64,000 bases of DNA from Mobula hypostoma (Eukaryota), in the NCBI RefSeq assembly GCF_963921235.1, contig NC_086097.1, positions 115,136,001 to 115,200,000 on the forward strand, read 5' to 3'. Numbering within the stretch: position 1 is the stretch's first letter; each line of letters begins with the position of its first letter. Under the pieces are notes generated by a model. It did not search any database and had not been told where the DNA came from. It saw only the letters and a program-made list of their open reading frames with translations. The position numbers and the translations under genes are program-made. Shown one piece after another: positions 38,940 to 49,199 of the stretch.

Positions 38940-39275
38940 AGAGCATAGACATCTACAACGCATTAAAGGCCCTTCGGCCCACAATGTTGAGCCAACCATG
39001 TAACCAACTTTAGAAACTACCTAGAATTTCCCTACTGCATAGCTCTCTATTTCGCTAAGCTCCATGTATCTACCTAAGAGTTGCTTGAAAGACCCTGTTG
39101 TTGTTTCTGCCTCACCTCCTCCACCATCGATGGTATGAAAAACTTAACCCTAACATCCCCTCTGTATCTACTTCCTAGCACAAAGTTATGCCCCCTTATG
39201 TTAGCCATTTCAGCCCTGGGCGGGAAATACCTCTGGCTGTTCACACGATCAATGCCTCTCATCATCTTTTACATC
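38940..39275 (-). mobile_element. CR1/HER1-type LINE 3' end
   Basis: ORF 39074-39265 MMRGIDRVNSQR..RGH. Confidence 0.85.
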
Positions 39276-39879
39276 TTTTGATTAATGGCTTGGATCGTGT
39301 TATCCTGAGTTTATTCTAAGTTTGCCAGTTACATAAACTATGGGCAGAAGGATAAATTGCAAAGAAATAGGAATCAATTGTGGGTGTGTTAAACTGTACC
39401 AGATGCATTCCGACACTTATAAGTAGGACTAGGATACTTGAATAAAAAAGAAATATAGATATTAATTAAACAGCAGAAAGCAAATAGTGGAAGTCCAGAG
39501 ATTTAGGGATTCATGTGTATTAAATTATAATGTTATCTGCTTGGATTTATTACAATTCATGGATTCAGCATGAAATTGGTATGTACTTGATCATTTTCAT
39601 ACACGAGTGTGACGACAGAAATGCAAAATACAAAGAAACATGGCAAGAGGCTGCTGTAAATCTGATAGATGTTTAGATTAGGCTTAATTAGTAACAATCA
39701 ATACTAGAAAATTCTTTGTGTGAGCAAATAATCACTGCAATTTGTTTCGTCAATAGGGCTGAGATTGAGTGAAGCATATTTAAGATTTCTCCGGCAATGA
39801 AATGGTATTCTGATTAAAAAGCCACTTCAGTGATTTGAGAAAATATTTCATTGAAAACAATAATTATTAGTCAGTGTAG

Positions 39880-40370
39880 GAAAATCTTCAACAAGTCAGG
39901 CAGCACTCACGGAGAGAGACAAAAATACTTCAATGAAATGTAATATTTGGTCAGAACTGGAGATATGGTAGCACTCACAAAATGCTGGAGAAACTCAGTA
40001 GGTTAGGCAGCATCTATGGAGCAGAATAAAAAGTTGACATTTTGTGCCGAGACCTTAAGGAAATGGGAAGAAGTCAGAATAAGAAGGTGGGGAGAGAAGG
40101 AGAGCCATTGGTAATCTTATCAAATGACTGGACCCAATCTGTTGACACAGCATTGAGGCACAAGAGACTGCAGATGCTGAAGTCCGAAGCAACAATCTGT
40201 TGGGAGATCTCACTGTGTCAGGCAGCTTCTGTGAATACAGAGGGATGGTCGATGTTCTGGGTTGAGATCCTGATCCTGATTGTTCTCGCCCTGAAACATC
40301 GAACAACCATCATCCTACGCAGGTGTTGCCTGACCTGGTGAGTCCCTCGAGCAGTTTGTTTTTTTTTGGC
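39880..40370. mobile_element. Cluster of PLE-derived termini, including an inverted pair
   Basis: Repeated AATGCTGGAGAAACTCAG/CAGGCAGC motifs; orientation flips at ~40275. Confidence 0.7.
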
Positions 40371-40557
40371 ATAGATGTCGCAAACATGGACTCTGTTGCA
40401 GGCTCCATATCCCCTGCAGATGCCCATCTGCACAACAGGTTCAGCAATTGTGCTCATGAATACGTCCCAACTAATTCATGTTTCATTATGGTGGGATTTA
40501 ACTCCTTCTTTTGATTCTAGTCTTGTCGAGACTTGAGCAAAGCTATGCTTCTTGCTT

Positions 40558-40905
40558 ACATAGAAACACAGAAAACCTACAGCACAATACAGGCCCTTTT
40601 GCCCGCAATGCTGTGTCGAACATGTACTTACTTTAGAAATTACCTAGGGTTACCCATAGCTCTCTATTTTTATAAGCTCCATGTACCTATCCAGGAGACT
40701 CTAAAAAGACCCTATGGTATTCACCTCCACCACCATCGCCAGCAGCCCATTCCACACACTCACCACTCTCTGAGTAAAAACCTTACCCCTGGCATCTCCT
40801 CTGTACCTACTTCCAAGCACCTTAAAACTGTGCCCTCTCGTGATAGCCATTTCAGCCCTGGAAAAAGGCCTCTAACTGTCCACACGAACAATGCCTCTCA
40901 ATCTT
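40558..40905 (-). mobile_element. CR1/HER1-type LINE 3' end
   Basis: ACATAGAAAC tail; reverse complement of ~31720-31970 joined to 34160-34245. Confidence 0.88.
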
Positions 40906-40939
40906 CTTACGGTTGTCCTTGTCTGAGAAAGAGAACTAT

Positions 40940-41174
40940 TGTCTTGACTGATGCTGGAAACAAATGGTATTCGTTTAGTACTTAGTTATTACTTTCAACA
41001 GCGGTGTTGGCACTTAACTTTCAGTTTGAGTGTTTTAGTTAATGGCTCTGTTGGCTTAGCTTTCATTGTTTTCCTTTCCCTTGAAACCCTGCCAAGTTCG
41101 CATTAAAGTCTGTGAACTGTCGACTCACTTCAGTGTCTTGCTCCGCTCTTGGGCCATATCTGAAAGTCCTGACA
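40940..41174 (+). mobile_element. Possible solo LTR or small TIR element
   Basis: TGTCTTGACT...AGTCCTGACA inverted ends and ATTAAA ~70 nt from the 3' end. No clean TSD. Confidence 0.4.
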
Positions 41175-41189
41175 ATAGATTTAGGTGAA

Positions 41190-41427
41190 TGTTATGTTTT
41201 GTAATTTCCAAACCTTAAACTAATTCAAACAAAGGCACAAGAGTCCAAATATGCTGGTTGAAGTCCCAGTTTACTTTAAGCGAGACGCGCACATACCACG
41301 GGGCAGCGTGATGATGTATAAATCATGTATTTGTACATATAACCCGTAATGAATTAATTAAACAAACAAGAATGCTTAATCAAGCAACATACACCTACAA
41401 GATTACTAAAATATTAAATACACAACA
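41190..41427 (-). mobile_element. Probable solo LTR, same family as 9712-9957
   Basis: TGTTATG...CACAACA; reverse-complement similarity along its length. Confidence 0.65.
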
Positions 41428-41684
41428 ATGTACTAGTGGAATATTTTGTGTTTACTGCTGCTGTGACACTCTTTACCATTATAAAAAACATACAACTGCA
41501 ATTTTATTGAATGCCACATTGGTTAGCATTTATTAACAGTCAGTAATTTCTTAAATTTAAAATTATTCATTAGAATGTAAAATTAGGCCATGTTGTAAAT
41601 GAACAATGTCTTCAAGAAATATTGCTAACACCAGCACTGAAGGAGACTTTAAACAACATTGCGATATCACCTTTACTTGACAAC

Positions 41685-42030
41685 ATAATCAGCAAATACC
41701 ATAACTGTCTCTTCAACAGTACAATGCAATACATAATAACAGAGCGATAAGTGATTTGTATATTAGTAGTTAAATTAAATAAGTACTGGAAAGTAGAAGT
41801 TAAAAATATAAGTAGCAAGGTTGCACTTATGGGTCCAATGTCCATTCAGAAATTGGATGGCAGAGGGGAAGAAGCTCTTCTTGAATTGTTGAGAGTGTGC
41901 CTTCAGACTTCATGCACCTCTGTCCTGATGACAGCCATAAGAACAAGGCAAGATCTGGGTGATGGGGGACACAGCCTTTTTGAGGCATCTCTCCATTACT
42001 CCTTGAAAATGTCCTGGATACTACGGAGGC
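41685..42030 (-). mobile_element. Rex1-type LINE 3' fragment
   Basis: Minus strand reads NNSRRASSPLPSNF, a frameshifted form of the Rex1 RNSFFPxAIR terminus, plus 3' UTR. Confidence 0.6.
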
Positions 42031-42308
42031 TGCTACTCAGGAGAAATTACTTCACCTGAGGAGTGGTGGAAACCTATCACACTCTACTCAATAAGGATAT
42101 TGAAACCCACTCTGTTGTGTATTCAAGTTAGAGGTCCAGACTCCCCAACCCTCTGATCAGCCCTCAGCCCTTCTCCACCCATTCTCTTCAGATTTTGATC
42201 AGAACCTGCAGCTAGTCACTATCATTAACACCTCAATTATCCCCACTAATCCTGACTCTGGGAAAGAGTATCTTTTACAAAGGAATGGGGGAAGGAATTG
42301 ATGTAGAG

Positions 42309-42374
42309 CAGAGGTTCCCAACATTTTTATGCCATCAAGCAAGGGGTCCGTGGCCCCTAGGTTGGGAACCCCTG
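42309..42374. mobile_element. 66-bp hAT (Charlie-like) MITE
   Basis: TIRs CAGAGGTTCCCAAC / GTTGGGAACCCCTG; 8-bp TSD ATGTAGAG / AGGTAGAG. Confidence 0.88.
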
Positions 42375-42522
42375 AGGTAGAGGGAAAGATCAGCATGTAT
42401 TTGTATGTTTGGAATAGCTAAAGCTAAGGGATAAAGCTGTGTATAGCATAGAATATATCAATTGTATTGGAGTACAGTAGTGTGTAGCATTTTACATCAT
42501 CCATGCAAGTATTTCACATTTC

Positions 42523-42830
42523 TGGGGCAGCACGGTAGCGTAGCAGATAGCAATTTGTTTATAACATCAGCTCTAAGATCAGGTTTCGATTTCCACCACT
42601 GTCTGTAAAGTGTTTGTACGTTCTTCCTGTGACCAAGTGGGTGTCCTCTGAGTGCTCCAATTTCCTGCTAAGTTCCAAAAATGGTTAGGATTAGTGAGTT
42701 CTGGGCACATCATGTTTGCATCCGAAGTGTGGTCACACTTGCAAGCTGCCCGGCACAGGCCTTGATGATTTGATTTGACATAAAAAATGCTGAGTGTTTT
42801 GACAAAATCTGACAAATAAAGCTAATCTTT
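42523..42830 (+). mobile_element. tRNA-derived V-SINE
   Basis: GGGGCAGCACGGTAGCGTAG head, B box, V-domain, same tail as 5026-5312. Confidence 0.88.
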
Positions 42831-43159
42831 CCTTTTTTTTCGTAGTTTTTGCATTTATATTTTCGAGATTCATGCTCAGTTTTTGAAAAGAGTTCTAGAG
42901 TATGCTTCTCTGGGAGCCTTGACAGGCTAAACTCTAAGAATAGCATTCTTAGAATTTCCTCTAAGAACGGGGAAACTACCTCCAGGAGTGAAATTTAGGA
43001 ATGCAATAATAAAGGAGCCGTAGAACTCTCAAGAGCAGAATAAAAACATAGCGATATCTACTTACCGGTGCCAATGCAGAAGGGGAGAAGGACAACATTC
43101 AAAATATTCCCTTTTGTTGCAAAGACTTTACAGGTTAGAAATGCCTTACTTAGGCCACA

Positions 43160-44235
43160 AGGTTCAAAGTAGATTTATTATCAAAATACTGCATGTATAG
43201 ATTACTACCGTGAGTGAGATTCATTTTCTTATCGGTATTTATAGCAGAATAGAGAAATACAATATAATCAATGAGAAACTGCACACAAAGACTAACAAGC
43301 TACCAATGTGCAAAAGGTGACAAACAGCAAATTAAAAAATAAAACTACTGTACATAGGAAATCCTGAGCGCATGAATTTTTATTGAAAGTGAGTCCAAAG
43401 ACTGTGAAATCAGTTCAGTGTAGTGGTGAGTGAAATTATTCAAAAGTACATTTATTACCAAAATATGTACGTATAAATTTGACAGCCTTGAGATTTGTCT
43501 GCTTGCAGGCAGCCACAAAGCAAGAAACCCAAAAGAACCCACTTGAAAAAAAGACCAATACTCAATGCACGGCGACAGAGGGTAAAAAACACAGATCATG
43601 CAAACAACAGAAGTAAGCACCAGCATTCCAAACCAGATCGAGTCCATGCACCCAAATCCCAGACCAGCCAGAGTAGGCCCACAGCCTCAGTCTCAGTTCA
43701 TCATATAGCGGAGCAAATCACTGCGAAACTCGCAGACAAGATGCGCGTAGCAGCCAGAGTGGTCTCACAGGCTCGGCCCTGCGGAGAGAGGAGTGAATGT
43801 CGGGGGAAAGCGAGTGGAACTTGCCAGACTCTTGCTGCTGGTCCTGACAGCCTGTCTTTCCAGTCTATCCAGGCTGGCGTTTAAATGATCCAAGCAGCAG
43901 ATGATGCATGCACTAGGACCCGGGGCCTGCTGTAGCCATACGCTCTAGACCTAGATCTTGCTGCCCAGCCTGAAACTGATCTTGATCTTGGCACTTTGAT
44001 CAATCCAACCCTGCTCCCAGTAAAGGTGGGTGGGCAGCAAAACTCCTCCACCTTGACTCCTCTCCGAAACTTTGCTCCAACTCTACCCCAACTCCAGCAC
44101 CATCTCCAACTCTGACACCATCTTGAACTGCTCCAACTTTGCATGGCTCATACCTGAGACAGCTTCACCTTGGCTTGCCTCTTCTTTGTTTGCACTGTCA
44201 GTTTACCACAGTTTCACTCAGAAAAAGTGTTATTA
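43160..44235 (-). mobile_element. Two adjacent minus-strand LINE-tail / non-autonomous elements
   Basis: Tails at ~43160 and ~43440 (TTCAAA..GTA.ATTTATTA.CAAA); body similar to 46151-46760 and 10860-11350. Confidence 0.65.
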
Positions 44236-44391
44236 ATAATTATATAGCAAAAGAAATGGATGAAGTTTAAAAATGGTTAGAGTTTTATTGTATTTATCTT
44301 TTAACTGTTATTTGACAGAGGTATATAATTTACTTTTCATAAATTTTGTACACTATTTTCAATTTCCTAGTCAAAATATTAAGGAAAACAC

Positions 44392-44975
44392 CACAACGCG
44401 CAGGTATCCAATCTGGTGAGACGAAGGAGGAGCCAGGCCCGGAGTCACCCCATAGTGCCCGGAACCTCCAAGTGTTGCAAACTAAACCCTCGAACATGAA
44501 GTCTAACAGGAGGTGGATCAAATGGCCTGCAGCTAACATGACTTCACTGTGGAAGCAGTTTGATGACGATGTTAACCAAATTCTGGAGGAAACGGCAAAG
44601 GGAGGGGTTTTCAGGAAGCTGCAAACCATGACAACAATTAGCGAGGTGTCTCCCAGTGGAGGTTGGTTGTAGGGGATTCATAGCCCGTTCTTTAGTTAGA
44701 GCCTTCAGCATTTTGGGCATCAAGGGAGAGAGGAAGAGGAGAGCCATCCGCAATACCACCAATGCGGCAGAGAGGGCCTCAAGATGGCTGTGGCTCAAAA
44801 GAGGGGAGCCATGGAGTCATAAGTAGTTAACCATCTGGACACAAGCTGGGGTCTGATCAGCCCTGGCTGGGTCACCTGGAGGAGGGTATATGATGTTGAA
44901 AGACCCAAAACACCCGATGATTCCAGGAACATCACTGAAGATGTGTCCAGAAGCATCAATAGATGTATGTACACA
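44392..44975 (+). mobile_element. Internally deleted Hero-clade element
   Basis: GETKEEPGPESPH..IKWPAAN..WKQFDDDVNQILE joined at 44640/44641 to ARCLPVEVGCRGF..AAERASRWLWLKR, then 3' UTR. Confidence 0.8.
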
Positions 44976-46150
44976 GCTCAAGCTCCTGTAACGGTCTGCA
45001 TGAAACAGTTAGATGCCTGACAGTACCTCAGGGTCAGTGAGTCACAGATTTAGTTTTCCCTTCAGCAAATAATCAGACAATTCCCAAGCATTTGAGATAT
45101 ATCATTTCTCAATCCACATTCAGCTCAATCTGCCAAATTAATTTTTGCCAAAGGCCTTTTAGCAGTTTGACAAAAAAGGTCATTGAAAAACAATCAAGGA
45201 CTGAACAATTAGAAAATGCAATATCAGTTAATGTCACTTTAGGTGTCCTTTGTTAACTTAGTGTACATAATCAGCTGTAAAATACTGCAACAGATGTAAA
45301 TATCAACTCGTACTAATGTTGAAAACTAAAGTACTGGACTGAAACAGTTGGTTGTGAAACGAAATCTCACTAGACTAATAACAAGGGAATGAGGCCAATT
45401 TTGTAAGTCATAAATAATTCCAGTCCATATGGTCAAAACTTTACTTCTGATTATCTTCAGGAATGATTTCTGTTCATCTTAAAGATATCTCAAAATAAGA
45501 ATTGGCCTATTAGCTTGCAAGCAGCCTAACAACTTCATATGGTTGCATTAAAATTTACGAGGATCTTATCATTTCACTAACTATTTTGGGTTATCTTTTT
45601 ATACTTAGAACTGAGTAAGAAAATGGGTGTAATGCATTTAGTAGGTTATTTTAATATTACTGGATCTCCTGGATACTTGAATTGCTTAGGTCTGATCAAC
45701 CCAGCCCATTACATGTCCCTACTAATATTTTGGGCAACTTTTCTGTTTAAATGGAGCTTTAAATTATTTAGATTATCAACATAACTAAAAAGTTCTGTTA
45801 GATTTGAGATCTCCACAGATAAGGTGGCATTGATATCTTTGTAATTCTTTATTCCTATTTACAAGTCTCCATTACACTGGTTTTGTTGTTTATTTATCTA
45901 TTTCAATGGAATACTTGGATGTAGATGGATGAACAATCTACATTTAGCAATCTAATTCGTCAATCAGTACAGATAAATTGACTGCAAACAAATTTTCATA
46001 CCTTTTATTCCAAAGCCAGTTAATTATTTATTATATGAAATAACCTCAAGAGGCCTTATATCTGTGCAGCCCTGTAGCCCTCAATGGTGCGGAGAGTTGT
46101 GCCTGTAATGGAGCTGGTTTTCATAGCTGGGGGAGGTAGTGCAGACCTAT

Positions 46151-46760
46151 TAAGATTCAAGATTCAAGTACATTTATTGTGAAAGAATGTATCAATCATA
46201 CAACTTTAAGATTTGCTTGCTCAAAGGTAGTCACAAAGCAAGAAACCTGTAAGAACCCAATGTAAAGAAAAAAAAGAATACAACTGAAAAATAAAAGCTC
46301 AATGTACAAGAGAAAGAAAAAAAAACACATATCGTATAAACACTTGAAGCGAACAACAGCACTCTGAACCAAAAGTGAGTCCTCAGATCTGATTCCTGGA
46401 ACAGCTTGAAATAGGCCCAAAGCTTTGCTCGTCAGTTCATCATATTAGCGGGCACGGAGCACAGCAGCCGGGGCAGTCTTCATAATCTCAGTGCCATGGA
46501 GATGTCCATCGCAGAGAACAAGTGAAATTGGCTCTTGTCCCAACTGACACCCTGTCTTTTCAGTCCATCTCAGCCAGCGTTTAAATTGAACCTACGACAG
46601 AACAGCGAAAGGCTCCAGCACCCTGGAGAAAGCAGTGAACATTGTGCAAAGTCGTCTCTGGCCCCTGATCTGGGCTGGCGATTAAATTGTCTAAACAACA
46701 CTTTGTACCCCATGCTAGGATCTATGCATTGCTGCTGCGACTTGCTCTGGGCCCAGATTT
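46151..46760 (-). mobile_element. Non-autonomous retroelement inserted in the provirus
   Basis: (AAGATTC)n tail at 46152; collinear with ~43440-43955. Confidence 0.7.
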
Positions 46761-47947
46761 AATTGTTGTTGACTTTGTACTGATACTACATGGATGGCCC
46801 TGGATGGGAAAATGGATGGCCCTGTGCCGACGCCTTGTTACTCTTGTGTGGGAATGAGCGGAAATCCTGCTACCACCAAGTGGGTGCAAAAGATCTCTCC
46901 ATCAACCTGAAATTGCTCATGCATTGGGTGTTGATGAAGGGGAATTCTACACATGGTGCAGAAGTTTTCACTGGGATAAAGGGGGAACATTATAGAATGG
47001 ACTAGGTCTCACTCAGCCCTCACCATTTGTTCTCTGATCTTATAAGCTGTTAGTAAGCCCTGGCTTTCCACTATTTTAATACAGTACAGAGTCTTCCAAG
47101 TACATTTCCCCCATTTACTTGTTTATAGATTTATGCCTATATCTGATATGGATTTCCACATTCAGAGATGGAGGTGGTCTCAAGGCTATGAGAAATAACA
47201 TTAATAAGATTGCTGAATATGTTGGGGAGTATGACTGGCACAGAAGGTCTGTAACTGCTGGCATTCTGAACTAACCACTTCAGAATTCCTTCAGCATCAG
47301 CTGGAGTTGTGGTGCATACTGCCTGCAAACTCTGAATAGTCAAAGGTCCAACAACGTAATAGGCCATATGTACTGGGGAAGCTGTAGTGGCTTCCTATAC
47401 AGGAACACGTCCCTGTATTATTCTTTTATTGGCCATAGTCAACGTTTTTCAGTCATGCAGGTGCACATCCCCAAGCATCTGTTCTCTAGGCTTCATTAGT
47501 ACTTCTAGTGTTTACTGGTGTGGGCACCATCTCATGTGTGTCTGGAAGAAATACACAACATCCCCCTGTATTGGGATGAAGAGACGGGTCACCAGGATTT
47601 ATCAAATAGGCATGCAATCCCTACCCGAGTGCTTGGTTTCTATTTAAGAAATGGCCAATTTGTTGTCCCCATGTATGAATTATTGCTCCATTGTTGGGAT
47701 CTGTTGCAAATTGTGATGGCCTGAGTCTAGCAGGTCATACAGCGGGGTTTGATCTGTCTAACCTGCATCCAACCTTATGTTCAATCCCTTCATCATTCCG
47801 GCCTCTGACTTGAAGAGTAAAATACTCATCAGGTTCAATTTGAGGAGCAGTCGAGATACTAACCCATTTTCCTGATATATTATTAATATATTTATAATAT
47901 TGACCAGCATTTGCCTGTGGAACTGCTGGAAATCTGGATGTTGACCT
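46761..47947 (-). pseudogene. gag: Foamy-virus-like gag
   Basis: TIQSLQAVCTTTPADAEGILKWLVQNA..VPVILPNIFSNLINVI..EC..RLCTVLK/IVESQGLLTAY..LVHSIM..EIFCTHL aligns with recalled PFV capsid PIQHIRSVTGEPP..IPIWLGRNA..FPVTTPDL..IINAI..DC..QLGNVIKGIVDQEGVATAY..LVSGII..ETFIQHL. The upstream frame (~47947-47490) has two internal stops and GKW and GDP motifs. Confidence 0.82.
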
Positions 47948-48042
47948 TTTATAGCACTAGGTGTGGTGCAGTAGCACTTGTCGAGAGCTCTCTGAGTTGG
48001 ATTACTCTAAATAATAATTCTTCCTATATTTAGTATATAACA

Positions 48043-48060
48043 TGACAACATCAGGCACCA
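48043..48060 (-). other. Degenerate primer-binding site, tRNA-Lys-like
   Basis: TGGTGCCTGATGTTGTCA versus the Lys1,2 PBS TGGCGCCCAACGTGGGGC (10/18 identical). The first 13 nt derive from TGGCGCCCGACGT by three CpG transitions. Lies ~100 nt before gag. Confidence 0.55.
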
Positions 48061-48062
48061 AC

Positions 48063-49182
48063 TATTATAGTATTGGGTTTGCTGACCATAAAGTTCTACA
48101 CTCAAACGAATACTTTAAGCCCTATCGGATATAAATAGCCACAACTACTCTCACTAAAGGGATATTATACTGTAACTACCCCGTCTTCAAAGACTAGTTC
48201 CCTGCATATTCTCCACAGCAAGTTTAGCTACGAGGGGTGATTGATAAGTTTGTGGCCCAGGTAGAAAGAGTCAATTGTAGAAAACCTAGCATATTTATTT
48301 TTCAACATAGTCCCCTCCTGCATTTACGCACTTAGTCCAGCGGTCGTGGAGCATATGGATCCCTTCTTTGTCGAAGGCGGCATCTTGGACGGTGGTCCAC
48401 AGCAGGGGCGATTGATAAGTTTGTGGCCTAAGGTAGAAGGAGATGAGTTATACAGCTCTCGTTACATGCACATGCAGTTCAACGCTTTGAGTGATGATGC
48501 AGAAAGTTTGAAGTTAATAACTCATCTCCTTCTACCTTAGGCCACGAACTTATCAATCACCCCTGCTGTGGACCACTTTCTGGAGGTCCAAGACGCCGAC
48601 TTCTACAAAGAAGGGATCCGTATGCTCCACGACCGCTGGACTAAGTGTGTAAATGTAGGAGGGGACTAGGTTGAAAAATAAATGTGCTAGGTTTTCTAAT
48701 ATTGACTCCTTCTACCTTAGGCCACGAACTTGTCAATCACCCCTTGTATTTAAGAGCTCCCTACCAAGCAAGAAGATAGTTATAATTAACAAAGTAGTTT
48801 AAAGCACAGTTCATTTATTTTCAGTAATACACATTTAAATCCAGACACACTCTTAAAACAAAACTCACAGAGGATTTCTATCTTAAACATTTCCAAATTA
48901 CAAATCATTTCTAAAACACAAAACATCTCTCAAACACAAAGCATTAAGGATTTTAAAAACACAAGTATAACTCCTATAAATTAAAAAGACATATAAGTTT
49001 AAAAATAAGTTTCTCAGACACAAATTATCCATCACCTATCTGAAGCTAGAGGAATGGATTCTTTTTCACCCCGTGTTTCTTCCACGTTTTTTGATGTTCT
49101 GTATCTGATTAGTAATACGCCTGAACTGCTCTCCACACTTATACCCTTTTTTCCACTTGGGTGACTTCACACACATATGACA
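48063..49182 (-). promoter_or_regulatory. Candidate 5' LTR of the provirus (upstream boundary uncertain)
   Basis: Ends 2 nt before the PBS; minus-strand TATAAG at ~49138-49143 and AATAAA at 48814-48819; TGTCATAT at 49182. U3 may continue beyond the CR1 insertion (51245+). Confidence 0.45.
48231..48746. mobile_element. Fold-back mariner-derived MITE
   Basis: TA|CGAGGGGTGATTGATAAGTT...AACTTGTCAATCACCCCTTG|TA; arms 48231-48451 and 48517-48746 carry the mariner C-terminus FYKEGIRMLHDRWTKCVNVGGD(Y/*)VEK. Confidence 0.92.
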
Positions 49183-49199
49183 TTTGTTTCGGACCTATC

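Larger units (their letters stand above)
42135..45870 (-). pseudogene. env: Foamy-virus-like env, fragmented (~45180-45870, 44245-44390, 42831-43160, 42135-42520)
   Basis: In order: FKYPGDP..KC, IW..NW, FSNCSVLD, YNKT..LHPF, PFCI..FYS, FLNFT..PV, C..RKKR (furin-like), LVGII..IVTS, GLIRGLG. Recalled prototype foamy virus (PFV) Env has FEIPLGDP..KC, FREINVLD, FYNN..MHPY, PICI..VYS, FLNYTGTPV, CNNRKRR, LVGII..EVTS. Many stops and frameshifts. Confidence 0.62.
42135..49182 (-). mobile_element. Decayed endogenous foamy virus (spumaretrovirus-like) provirus, pol not detected
   Basis: Same-strand, correctly ordered candidate LTR, Lys-type PBS, foamy-like gag and foamy-like env fragments; see sub-features. 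Confidence 0.8.

Noticed and set aside
42035..42133. Apparent env transmembrane-like ILI..VI on the minus strand
   Set aside because: The segment matches a plus-strand CR1 3' fragment, so the match is spurious.
44325..44388. U12-like branch TTTTCCTTAAT plus AG and a 33-bp micro-exon (minus)
   Set aside because: Weak donor, and the segment is better explained as env remnant; not excluded without RNA data.
44850..44950. Hammerhead-like pattern in the Hero 3' UTR
   Set aside because: No intact CUGANGA/GAAA core with supporting helices in either copy.
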